Shown here: positions 24,261-32,233 of the stretch, one piece after another
Layout of the letters: each line of letters starts with the position of its first letter
Numbering within the stretch: the first letter of the stretch is position 1
Source: a virus
Direction: 5' to 3' (one strand)
Length of the DNA: 42,275 nucleotides
Virus record (IMG/VR): IMGVR_UViG_3300021182_000043
Span: 1-42,275 of that record
Position numbers and translations under genes: made by a program
The notes under the pieces: model-generated
Seen by the model: the letters and a program-made list of their open reading frames with translations, nothing else
Databases searched by the model: none
Told to the model about the DNA's origin: nothing

Positions 24261-26679
24261 CGGACCATGGACAGGGACATCATCTGGAGGATCAACTGGT
24301 GCGCCCTCGGGCACCCCTCTGGCCCCGAGTGCTGTAGTGGCCCAGCAGAACTCCGCGTCCTACATGACCAATCTTAACAAGATCAATCTCATAAATGACT
24401 GGAACCAGGAGGCCAACACCAAGACCGCCCTTGACGCCGCAGCGAGCGCAGCCGGGGTGAGTTCCACAGCCTATGACAACGCGGTGCTGAACCTGTCTAC
24501 CCAGTTGATCGTTGCTGGCGCTCCTTCGAACTGGGCTTCTATCTGGCCTGATGGGACGACCAGTGGTCCATGGACGAATGTGATGATGAGCCTTGCGGCT
24601 CTGTGGGCGACCATCGCGACGGCTCGGGCGAACCTAGTGAATGGTATTAAGGCGGCGGGTGATGCAGCGACATACTCGACGGCGATCTCGGCGGCAGCCA
24701 CCGATGCGACAACCAAGGCCCTCGCCTCAACCCTTGCCTCTCAGCTTCATCAAGTCGCCTGGGCCTCCTCCGCACTCCCTGGGCTCCCGAATGGGTCCTA
24801 CCCGGCGGGATATCTCGCCCAGACCACGGACAATCGGAAGTTCCAGGTCAACTCAGGCGGAACGGCGTGGGGCGAGATCCTTCAGGGGGCTGTCGGGATC
24901 TTCGGTCAACTCGTCGCGGCCCAGCTTACCGTCGCCAACTTCGACAATCTGATTCCAAACCCTGGAGGTCAAATTACATCTCCGCCAGTGGGAAGTTGGG
25001 AGGCCTCCGCCCTAATCAACTGGGGGGCACTCTACCCAGCCATTATCGGAACAGTTCTAACCCCTACAGGTTATGGCCGTGTAATCGACGGAAACACCTA
25101 TGCCCGAATCCAACAAATCACATGTAACCCGGGCGATGTGTTCTACGCTCAATGCCAATGCGCAAATTTAGCAACAGGAGCCGGAAGTCGCCTTCTCGGC
25201 CTTAGCTTCTTTAATGCCGCAGGGGGTAGCGTTGGCGACTATTATTCGACTCAACCCGTAAGCACATATTCATTTACGAGCCCACAAACCCTCTCTATCA
25301 GGCAAGCCGCGCCCGCTGGGTCCGCCTATGTGATGCCCTTCATTCAATCGATAGGATGGGCAGGTTCAAGCGCGGCGATGTTTAACAACTTCTATATGCG
25401 CCGATGTATGGACGCCTCGGTCGTTGTCGATGGATGCTTAACGGCCCAGCAAGCCAACGTCAACATGGTGATGACGTCCAACTTCGCCACGGATGCAGGG
25501 AACACATCCGCGAACCTAACCGGAACTTCCACCATTCCCAGCGGCAATCCCACGGCTGGATTCTGGGCCGGAGTAGGGACAAATAACCCGATCCTTGTAG
25601 GCCCTGGCGGCATGCTTGTGGGCATCCCGATCTATGGGGGCAGCTACACCAGCCTAGCGGTGGATGCCGCGGGTGTCATGGCCTACAGCGCAATCAGGAC
25701 CAATTATTCAGCCTCTAGTCCGCCCCAATATTCACGCTTCTGGTACGGCGGAAATGTTGATCAATCCACCATCGGAGGGGCTCCGAGTATAAACAGGCTC
25801 ACCGTCACGCCCACCGTTTATGACACTTCCAACCATATCGTCTGGATGGATTTGGCCATCGCCCCTTCTGCTAAAAGCGACAATCTCGACGCGATGCAAT
25901 ATGCCACTATCCAGTTCTACAGGCAGAGCGCAGCTGGAACCACGGGCACGCTTACCTCTGTCGGGCCACTCTTCAAGGTTCCCCTTGCAGATCGGCTCTA
26001 CAAGACACCAGGAACAGATGGAGATGCCGGGAATGTCTCCACCATTACAGCTTCAGCGGCGCACAGTGGTTTCAATGGTGGCGTTCCGGCCTGCATCGTC
26101 ACCCTCTATAACTCCTTTGGGCCTTCGGCGGGAGCCTGTTTCTATGCGGCATCTGGATGGTCGGCAGGAACATCACTCACCAACAATGGCGCTTCCTTCC
26201 CGTCCGGGTTGACTGGAGGAGGGAGCGGAGGTGGCGGGGGTGGTGGGGGCGGCCTAGGGTGTGTCCCAGCTGGCACGCCTATCCTCATGGCCAACGGACT
26301 GTCTATCCCCGTCGAGTGGATAACTGAAGGTATGGAGGTCGCCACTTACGACGACCTCACCCTGGAACCTGTCAGTGCGAAGGTGGCCAAGGTCTACCGC
26401 TACGAAAAACGCGACCTTTGGCGCATCACCACGAGCATGGGCTCGCTGGTGTGCAGCCATGACCACCGGATCTTCAACGGGACCAACTGGCCTCCTGTAC
26501 GGCAGTTCAAGGCGGGAGACCGCACCCTATGGCACAAGGACGGCAGGCTCGAAAGTGTCGAGGTCCTGTCCTGCGAACCAACCGGAGATTCGAAAGACGT
26601 CTACCACATGACGCTGACTCACGGTCACGTCTATATCGCGGGTTGGATCGCAGCCCACAACATGTATAAACCACCCTAG
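24253..26679 (+). CDS. tail fibre protein (808 aa): Ala-rich N-terminal shaft, jelly-roll/CBM-like middle, poly-Gly linker, C-terminal Hint domain
   Basis: It sits after the host-specificity gene. The Ala/Ser/Thr-rich helical N terminus resembles fibre shafts. The C-terminal 139 aa carry intein/Hint blocks (see the sub-feature). Confidence 0.8.
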   Translation: MPNGPWTGTSSGGSTGAPSGTPLAPSAVVAQQNSASYMTNLNKINLINDWNQEANTKTALDAAASAAGVSSTAYDNAVLNLSTQLIVAGAPSNWASIWPDGTTSGPWTNVMMSLAALWATIATARANLVNGIKAAGDAATYSTAISAAATDATTKALASTLASQLHQVAWASSALPGLPNGSYPAGYLAQTTDNRKFQVNSGGTAWGEILQGAVGIFGQLVAAQLTVANFDNLIPNPGGQITSPPVGSWEASALINWGALYPAIIGTVLTPTGYGRVIDGNTYARIQQITCNPGDVFYAQCQCANLATGAGSRLLGLSFFNAAGGSVGDYYSTQPVSTYSFTSPQTLSIRQAAPAGSAYVMPFIQSIGWAGSSAAMFNNFYMRRCMDASVVVDGCLTAQQANVNMVMTSNFATDAGNTSANLTGTSTIPSGNPTAGFWAGVGTNNPILVGPGGMLVGIPIYGGSYTSLAVDAAGVMAYSAIRTNYSASSPPQYSRFWYGGNVDQSTIGGAPSINRLTVTPTVYDTSNHIVWMDLAIAPSAKSDNLDAMQYATIQFYRQSAAGTTGTLTSVGPLFKVPLADRLYKTPGTDGDAGNVSTITASAAHSGFNGGVPACIVTLYNSFGPSAGACFYAASGWSAGTSLTNNGASFPSGLTGGGSGGGGGGGGGLGCVPAGTPILMANGLSIPVEWITEGMEVATYDDLTLEPVSAKVAKVYRYEKRDLWRITTSMGSLVCSHDHRIFNGTNWPPVRQFKAGDRTLWHKDGRLESVEVLSCEPTGDSKDVYHMTLTHGHVYIAGWIAAHNMYKPP
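26260..26661 (+). other. Hint (intein/Hedgehog-type) autoprocessing domain, residues 670-803 of the fibre
   Basis: Block A is C-VPAGTPILMANG, starting at Cys670. Block B is LVCSHDHRIF (S-x-x-H). The terminal blocks are DVYHMTLTHGHVYIAGWIAAHN, ending in His-Asn. The +1 residue is Met, and only MYKPP follows. Confidence 0.8.
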
Positions 26680-26685
26680 GAGGCC

Positions 26686-27117
26686 ATGATGTCTACCGTC
26701 ACACCCGCCACCCGCATCAGCGAACCCGTGTACCAGTCTTTCCAGTGGTACCGCCGTACCAACGTCCAGAATGGAGCCCTGCTCCCAAGCTTCACCATGG
26801 TCCTGGCTTCACAGAATCTGGACGTCTTGGGAGACGCCAACGGCAATCCAGTTCAGATTCTCAACCTCGGAACCGTAGGATGGAATGAGAACCTGGAGGG
26901 TGATGCCCAGATTGCCACCCTCTTTGGCGAGGAGGTCACGCGGGCAGACGGGACCAAGCTCACAGTGAATGCCCTGCTGGACTCCATCCTCATGGCCCGT
27001 GCGACCGCTCAGGCCGCAGCTCAGATCACATCGGCTCAGGCGGCCCAGGCCTTATCGGCGGCCCAGGCTGCGTTAATGGCCAAGCTCCCCCAGCCTCCAA
27101 TCCCTGTGATGGATTGA
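26686..27117 (+). CDS. hypothetical protein (143 aa), possibly fibre-associated
   Basis: AGGAGG Shine-Dalgarno upstream. Ala/Gln-rich helical C terminus. Confidence 0.6.
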   Translation: MMSTVTPATRISEPVYQSFQWYRRTNVQNGALLPSFTMVLASQNLDVLGDANGNPVQILNLGTVGWNENLEGDAQIATLFGEEVTRADGTKLTVNALLDSILMARATAQAAAQITSAQAAQALSAAQAALMAKLPQPPIPVMD

Positions 27118-27159
27118 GCCTTCCAAAAACTGAGGACCACCAGGACCCAAGGAGAACCA

Positions 27160-27522
27160 ATGAACCCTCAGATTGTTGCACTCCAGACTCGCGCACTTGA
27201 ATGGCTGATCACCGGGCTGATTGCGGTTCTAATCGGTGTTCTTTTCTGGGGGTTCAAGGCCTTTCTTGCCGACCGGCGAGAGCGAGAGAGGAACAAGGAC
27301 AAAGACCAGAAGGAGCGCGACGAGAAGCTGGAAAAGCGCGACAAGGAACTGCAAATCTGCATCGACAACCTGAAGGAATCCATCTGGGGCCTGCGCGAGC
27401 TTTTCGTGCTGCGGAAGGATTACGACAGAGACATGGCCATCTTCAAAAGCCGCCGAGGTGTTCGATGCCCAAAGCCGGACTGTCCTTGGGACCCACCTGA
27501 TGAAGATTTGAGGCGCACATGA
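27160..27522 (+). CDS. single-pass membrane protein with a highly charged coiled coil (120 aa); holin or i-spanin-like lysis protein
   Basis: Transmembrane segment WLITGLIAVLIGVLFWGF, then RRERERNKDKDQKERDEKLEKRDKEL, and a CPKPDCPWDPP tail. ATGA coupling to the endolysin gene. Confidence 0.6.
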   Translation: MNPQIVALQTRALEWLITGLIAVLIGVLFWGFKAFLADRRERERNKDKDQKERDEKLEKRDKELQICIDNLKESIWGLRELFVLRKDYDRDMAIFKSRRGVRCPKPDCPWDPPDEDLRRT

Positions 27523-27983
27523 ACCTTTCCCCGCGAGTCACCCTTGAGCAGATGATTTTCAGCCAGACCGCTCTCCGCAAGGGGATAGACAACACTCCCA
27601 ATGCTGGGGAGATTGCCTATCTCACGATGCTGGCCCAGACCATCATGGAGCCGATGATGGATCTGCTGGGAGTGCCCATCCACATCGACAGCGGCTTCCG
27701 CAGCGTGGCATTGAACTTCTTGGTAGGTGGGTCAGGTTCCAAACCTGGACAGAAGCCCAGCGCACACCTGGATGGCCGCGCCGTGGACTTCATCCCCCAA
27801 GGTTTAGAGCTCATCAAGGCCTTCGACATGATCCGAGCCTCGGGCCTTCCCTTCGATCAGGTCATCATCGAGTGCAATGCCTGGATCCATGTAGGAATCT
27901 CAAGGACGGGCCTAGTGGCCCGCCATGAAGCTCTGAAGGCCTCTGGTGGCCCTGGCGCCTGGACCTATGAGGAGGTGAAATGA
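27519..27983 (+). CDS. peptidase M15 (M15A/M15_3-type) endolysin (154 aa)
   Basis: IHIDSGFRS...SAHLDGRAVDF...WIHVGIS matches the Zn-ligand pattern H..D...H of M15 cell-wall peptidases. Confidence 0.85.
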   Translation: MNLSPRVTLEQMIFSQTALRKGIDNTPNAGEIAYLTMLAQTIMEPMMDLLGVPIHIDSGFRSVALNFLVGGSGSKPGQKPSAHLDGRAVDFIPQGLELIKAFDMIRASGLPFDQVIIECNAWIHVGISRTGLVARHEALKASGGPGAWTYEEVK

Positions 27984-28306
27984 AGGACCTGAAAAGCTTC
28001 CGTCTGACCCTCCAGGAGTCTCTGGAGGACGATTCCACAGGGAAGGGATCCGAGTCCCGCGTCAACCACATGATCGGGACTTTGGGGCTGGTCATCGCAT
28101 TATTCGCAGCCCTCGCCATCCACTGTTTCACCCAGAAAGACCTCACCACCGTCATCACCACCATCGCCGTGATACTTGGGGGTTCAGGCGCTGGCCCCTA
28201 TGCCGCCAAGCGCGTGATGGAGGCCTTCAAAAACAAGGACAACACCCCTCCGGCAGATCCCTCTGGCGGTGCAGGCGGGGGTGATGAGAAGGGAAGTTGC
28301 ACATGA
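27980..28306 (+). CDS. two-pass membrane protein (108 aa), holin candidate
   Basis: Transmembrane segments MIGTLGLVIALFAALAIHCF and VITTIAVILGGSGAGPYAA, with a charged/Gly-rich tail. ATGA coupling to the endolysin. Confidence 0.55.
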   Translation: MKDLKSFRLTLQESLEDDSTGKGSESRVNHMIGTLGLVIALFAALAIHCFTQKDLTTVITTIAVILGGSGAGPYAAKRVMEAFKNKDNTPPADPSGGAGGGDEKGSCT

Positions 28307-28995
28307 GCGAACTGGAACAGATCAGCAACGCCAAGAAAGGAGCCATCTTCACGGTGGCTCTCATCCTCTTTGGATTTTCGGCTGGCATGGGCCTGGGGTG
28401 GAAGCTCTGGAAGCCCAAGCCCCCCATCCAGGAGACCGCCGCCCCTGCCGTGCGCAACTCGGACGGTTCCCTCACGGTCGCCCGCACCCCTGAAACCGTT
28501 GCCCAGGCTCAGCAGGTTTTCCAGACCCCCGTGTTGCCCAAGGGTGCAAAGGTGGAACGGAAGATTGAGGTGACGGTCCAGCCCACCCAGGCCACCCAGG
28601 TTCCAGCACTACCCCAAGAAGGCCCCGCCATGAGCCAAAACAAGGCCGCCACGCCTCCCGAGGTCAAGCTGGGCTCTCCCATAAGGGTGGACCTCACGCT
28701 CGTCCTAATGCCTGACCAGACGCAGCGGGTGATCGCTTCCAGTCCTGACGGGACCGTGGTTGGTGGGATCGACATTCCACTGGTTCCCGATGCCCCGCCC
28801 CCGAAGCAGCTCAAGTCTGCCGCCGGGATGGAATTGTCGCTGAACCCATGGGGCAATACCAAGTCCCTCGTGGCCCAGCACGATTGGGCCTTTATGCGGT
28901 TCGGTGCGAGGGTGGGCGTGGCCACCATGACGTTTCCCGCTGGCGGGATGCAGCGCGGGATAGATGCTGGTGTGAGCCTGTTGATCAAATTCTAG
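28303..28995 (+). CDS. N-terminally membrane-anchored protein (230 aa) with a Pro-rich linker and a beta-rich C terminus ending in Phe
   Basis: ATG 28303 overlaps the upstream stop (ATGA). Transmembrane segment GAIFTVALILFGFSAGMGLGW. Ends ...AFMRFGARVGVATMTF...IDAGVSLLIKF. Confidence 0.55.
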   Translation: MSELEQISNAKKGAIFTVALILFGFSAGMGLGWKLWKPKPPIQETAAPAVRNSDGSLTVARTPETVAQAQQVFQTPVLPKGAKVERKIEVTVQPTQATQVPALPQEGPAMSQNKAATPPEVKLGSPIRVDLTLVLMPDQTQRVIASSPDGTVVGGIDIPLVPDAPPPKQLKSAAGMELSLNPWGNTKSLVAQHDWAFMRFGARVGVATMTFPAGGMQRGIDAGVSLLIKF

Positions 28996-29004
28996 GAGGA
29001 GCCA

Positions 29005-29370
29005 ATGAGCGAAGCGATCACCTGTCCCCGCCGGATGTCCGAAGCTGGGCCCTGGGAATATACCGAGGGCCTGGACTCCTGGACTGCAGACAACACCTGC
29101 TCATTCTGTGGAAGCACGAACCCGCAGCTGGTCCTGGAAGGGATCAAAACAGGGAAGGCCCAGCTTGGGCCTACGGACAAGAACTACAAGGTCTACGTGG
29201 AAGGCCTCGGTCGGTTCCGGAAGTGCTATTTCCAGCACTTCAGCAAGGAACAGCGCGCCGAGTTCATAGACCTGCTCAATTCCAAAACCGCCAAGATCAG
29301 GCCTCCTGGCTACTTCTACGTGCTTCCGTTTTTTCTTACCGTTGAAAGACGCCGACCCCCTCTTGCATAG
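29005..29370 (+). CDS. hypothetical protein (121 aa)
   Basis: AGGAGG Shine-Dalgarno upstream. It is the last gene before the late terminator. Confidence 0.55.
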   Translation: MSEAITCPRRMSEAGPWEYTEGLDSWTADNTCSFCGSTNPQLVLEGIKTGKAQLGPTDKNYKVYVEGLGRFRKCYFQHFSKEQRAEFIDLLNSKTAKIRPPGYFYVLPFFLTVERRRPPLA

Positions 29371-29429
29371 GGGTAGCTGGGAGGTGATACTGCTTCCTGC
29401 AAGCTCCTTCGTGGGGAGGTGAGCGTGGG

Positions 29430-29462
29430 CACCCAGGCTGTAATGGTCTGGGTGTTTTCGTC
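29430..29462 (+). terminator. Rho-independent terminator ending the late operon
   Basis: CACCCAG-11 nt-CTGGGTG followed by TTTTCGTC, in the largest intergenic gap (29371-29584). Confidence 0.6.
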
Positions 29463-29522
29463 TCTGCTGGTTTATTTTTCTTTTGGCCTGAATAGCGTTA
29501 TCACTCCGCTCATTTTTCTCTC

Positions 29523-29550
29523 TGGACCAAAGAATGATTTTCTCTAAGCT
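29523..29550 (+). promoter_or_regulatory. candidate sigma70-like early promoter
   Basis: TGGACC, a 16-nt spacer, then TAAGCT, in an AT-richer stretch 35 nt upstream of the HTH gene. The host consensus is unknown. Confidence 0.3.
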
Positions 29551-29554
29551 AGAG

Positions 29555-29570
29555 GTGGGGCCATCCCCAC
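29555..29570. promoter_or_regulatory. inverted repeat (operator candidate) between the putative -10 and the Shine-Dalgarno of the HTH gene
   Basis: GTGGGG-ccat-CCCCAC. Confidence 0.3.
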
Positions 29571-29584
29571 ATGGAGGTTAGAGC

Positions 29585-29788
29585 ATGAAAAAGTTGAAAC
29601 CCATCACCCTGCCGGAGCTGGTGCGCTGCACCGACCCGCAGGAGCTGGTTGTGGCCACTGGCTGCAACCGCACCCTCCCTCAGAAGTGGGAGAAGGGCCA
29701 GCGCCCAGGCTGGCGGAATACTGAGAAGTTGGTGAAGTTCGCCGAAACCAAGGGCTATGCCCTGAAGATTCTTGGGAGCGCACAATGA
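29585..29788 (+). CDS. Cro/YdaS-like HTH DNA-binding protein (67 aa)
   Basis: GGAGG Shine-Dalgarno upstream. ELVRCTDPQELVVATGCNRTLPQKWEKGQ resembles small Cro-type HTH proteins. It is the first gene of the early block. Confidence 0.5.
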   Translation: MKKLKPITLPELVRCTDPQELVVATGCNRTLPQKWEKGQRPGWRNTEKLVKFAETKGYALKILGSAQ

Positions 29789-30732
29789 CGCGCCGCGCTG
29801 ACCTCCCCTCCCCCATCCAGGACTTGGCCCTCGAAGGCCTCACCCTCCAGGATGTCCAACCGGTGGCCTTCCCGGCCCCGCCCGATGCTGAGGCCCTGAT
29901 CGCGCTGGACCTGCCGGACGCCCAAGAAGTCCCGCCAGGGATCACCCTGGATGTCCCGCCCAGGCCCGAGGACATGGTGCACCGCATCCAGCCTGCCCTG
30001 CGCAACATGATCCCCGCCACCCTGGAGGCCATGGACCGCGACGGTGGCCCCACCCCCATGACTCTCCTCAGCATGGCCATGGACCAGGGGGCAGACCCTG
30101 ACCGCCTAGAGCGCCTGATGGCGATGCATGAACGGTGGGAGGAACGGAACGCCCTCAAGGCCTATAACCGGGCCTTTGCCCTGTTCAAATCCGAGGCCGT
30201 GCAGATTCTCCGCACCACCCTGAGAACGTCTGGGCCCATGGAGGGGACCCGCTATGCAGACCTCTTCGCCTGCGTGGATGCCGCTACCCCCGCACTTTCC
30301 AAATACGGTCTCAGCGCATCCTGGAAGATCACCAAGGATGAAAAAGACTGGCTGGAAGTCACCTGCCTACTCCGCCACGAGCTAGGGCACTTCGAGGTGG
30401 TGTCCATGGGCGGCCCACCTGATGTAGGCGGGGCCAAGAATGCGGTCCAGGCCCGCGCCAGCACCGTGGCCTACCTGGAGCGCTACACCTTCTTGGCCAT
30501 CACCGGCCTTGCCTCCAGGGATTCCGACAAAGACGGGGCAACCGTCCCCACTGGCACCGTGGCTGAGGATTGCATCTATCTGGCGAAGTCCCTCACCCTC
30601 GGGGATCTGCACGGCCGCTTCAAAGAGGTCTATCCCAAGGCCGCCAAGGACAAGGCCGCCCAGGCAGCTCTCATGAAGGCCAAGGATGACCGGAAGATGG
30701 AGCTGTCCCAGCCTTCAGGGGGTGGGAAATGA
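29785..30732 (+). CDS. erf: ERF-family single-strand annealing protein (315 aa) with a Pro-rich N-terminal extension
   Basis: The core RYADLFACVDAATPALSKYGLSASWKI...VQARASTVAYLERYTFLAITGL is typical of ERF recombinases. ATGA coupling to the upstream gene. Confidence 0.75.
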   Translation: MTRRADLPSPIQDLALEGLTLQDVQPVAFPAPPDAEALIALDLPDAQEVPPGITLDVPPRPEDMVHRIQPALRNMIPATLEAMDRDGGPTPMTLLSMAMDQGADPDRLERLMAMHERWEERNALKAYNRAFALFKSEAVQILRTTLRTSGPMEGTRYADLFACVDAATPALSKYGLSASWKITKDEKDWLEVTCLLRHELGHFEVVSMGGPPDVGGAKNAVQARASTVAYLERYTFLAITGLASRDSDKDGATVPTGTVAEDCIYLAKSLTLGDLHGRFKEVYPKAAKDKAAQAALMKAKDDRKMELSQPSGGGK

Positions 30733-31436
30733 AGATCACCATCTGCGAACAGGGCACACCCGAGTGGCATGCCGCCCGTGCAGGTAGGGTCACGGCTTCC
30801 CCGATCACCAACATACTTTCCAGTGGGAAGGGAGGGGGAGAGTCAGCGGGCCGCCGAAACTACAGAATCCAGATCCTGACCGAGATTCTGACGGGGCAGG
30901 CCACCGAGCCGGGCTATACCTCCAAGGAAATGGCCTGGGGCACCGAGCAAGAGCCCTACGCCCGAGCTGCCTACGAGGTGCAGACCGACACCATGGTTGA
31001 TCAGGTGGGATTCGTTCACCATCCCACCATCGAAAGGGCAGGGGCCTCGCCGGACGGGCTCATTGGTTGGGTCCGTGCCGACCTTCCCCCCGAGGGTTTG
31101 ACCGAGTTCAAATGCCCGCTCTCGGCCACGCATATCGCCTACATCATCGCTGACGAGGTTCCCAAGGATTACCAGCCTCAGATGCTTTGGCAGATGGCAT
31201 GCACCGGGGCCAAATGGGTGGACTTCGTGAGCTTCGATCCCAGGATGCCGGAAGGCCTCCAGTTGTTCGTCAAGCGGTTCTATCGTGATGAGGCCCGGAT
31301 CAAAGAAATGACCGAGGCCGTGCTGATCTTCTTGGCCGAGGTGGATGCGCTGCTGGCCAAGTTGGCCACCACCCGCGAGTTCCACATCCCTGTCGCCACT
31401 GGAGGTAGTCTCCCCTTTGAGGAGGTTCCCCTTTAG
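30729..31436 (+). CDS. YqaJ-like viral recombinase exonuclease (235 aa)
   Basis: GTPEWHAARAGRVTAS, WGTEQEPYARAAYE, and the PD-(D/E)xK elements ASPDGLI and LTEFKCP. Confidence 0.85.
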   Translation: MKITICEQGTPEWHAARAGRVTASPITNILSSGKGGGESAGRRNYRIQILTEILTGQATEPGYTSKEMAWGTEQEPYARAAYEVQTDTMVDQVGFVHHPTIERAGASPDGLIGWVRADLPPEGLTEFKCPLSATHIAYIIADEVPKDYQPQMLWQMACTGAKWVDFVSFDPRMPEGLQLFVKRFYRDEARIKEMTEAVLIFLAEVDALLAKLATTREFHIPVATGGSLPFEEVPL

Positions 31437-31520
31437 GCGCTGCAGGCCCTACACGACACCTTGACCCCATGGGCTGGGGAATCTAGCACACCCCGGCCCG
31501 TGCTTCTTGAAGGGGCAACC

Positions 31521-31739
31521 ATGGCCCACTACAAGCACAAGTTCAAACCTGGGCGGAGAATCCTGACCATCACCCGCTTTTCCCGCCTGATCCTGGCCGG
31601 CCAGTGGATCTACCACAACGGAAAGCCTATGCACCCCGGCTGGTGCCAGTCCTGGCGGCTGGGGTTCATCATCCACGAGCTGGCTATGTGCCGGTTCCGC
31701 GAGGCCATTCCCACAGGGACCCGGGATCAGATCCAATGA
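31521..31739 (+). CDS. hypothetical protein (72 aa; the track ORF extends to a TTG at 31461)
   Basis: ATG 31521 follows GAAGGGG. Its stop overlaps the rusA-like start. Confidence 0.5.
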   Translation: MAHYKHKFKPGRRILTITRFSRLILAGQWIYHNGKPMHPGWCQSWRLGFIIHELAMCRFREAIPTGTRDQIQ

Positions 31740-32233
31740 CCTGGACCCTCACCATCCCCGAAATCCCCCCCAGCGGAAACCTCATCAAGCGGATGCACTT
31801 TACCGTCTATGGGAAGCTGCTCCGCCAGTGGTTCTGGTTGGTCCGATCTGCTCCCGGCTTCATCGACATCCCCGAGGCCTCCGGGAAACGGAAGCTTACC
31901 ATCACCCTCTACGGGAAAAATACTCGAGACCGCGACAACCTCTATGCCAGCATGAAGCCCGTGATTGACGTTCTGAGGCCCAGCCTCCACCAGGAGGGCT
32001 ACTACAAGACCGGGGCCAGGGCTGGGGAATACTGGAGCCGCCACCGGATAGGGCACGGGCTCATTCAGGAGGATGACCCTGCCCACCTGGACCTCACCGT
32101 CCAACAGGCCCACCTTCGGGCCGGGCAGCGGCCCAGGCTGGTGATCGAGCTGGAGGATTGTTCCGCTGGACAGCCCGAAGGCTCACTCTACGCTGAGACC
32201 CTACCCCTCCCCCACCTGGAGACCACCCCATGA
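31736..32233 (+). CDS. rusA: RusA-like Holliday junction resolvase (165 aa)
   Basis: PPSGNLIKRMH...LTITLYGKNTRDRDNLYASMKPVIDVL...LIQEDDPAHL matches RusA catalytic Asp motifs. Confidence 0.8.
   Translation: MTWTLTIPEIPPSGNLIKRMHFTVYGKLLRQWFWLVRSAPGFIDIPEASGKRKLTITLYGKNTRDRDNLYASMKPVIDVLRPSLHQEGYYKTGARAGEYWSRHRIGHGLIQEDDPAHLDLTVQQAHLRAGQRPRLVIELEDCSAGQPEGSLYAETLPLPHLETTP

Noticed and set aside
26212-26259. GGN-rich nucleotide repeat (ggaggagggagcggaggtggcgggggtggtgggggcggc), considered as a tandem repeat or CRISPR-like element.
   Set aside because: It is simply the coding sequence of the poly-glycine linker ahead of the Hint domain. There is no spacer/repeat periodicity, and no CRISPR array exists anywhere in the window.
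28370-28573. ORF embedded in another frame of the 28303..28995 gene, considered as an embedded o-spanin (Rz1-like).
   Set aside because: The translation (MDFRLAWAWGGSSGSPSPP...) has no signal peptide or lipobox Cys. It looks like an off-frame Pro/Ser/Arg-rich artefact.
29371-29429. Direct repeat GGGAGGTGA (about 29382 and about 29414), considered as a pair of start sites for tiny ORFs or as iterons.
   Set aside because: The ORFs that follow are only a few codons long. Two copies of a Shine-Dalgarno-like 9-mer are weak evidence, so this is left as unexplained sequence upstream of the late terminator.
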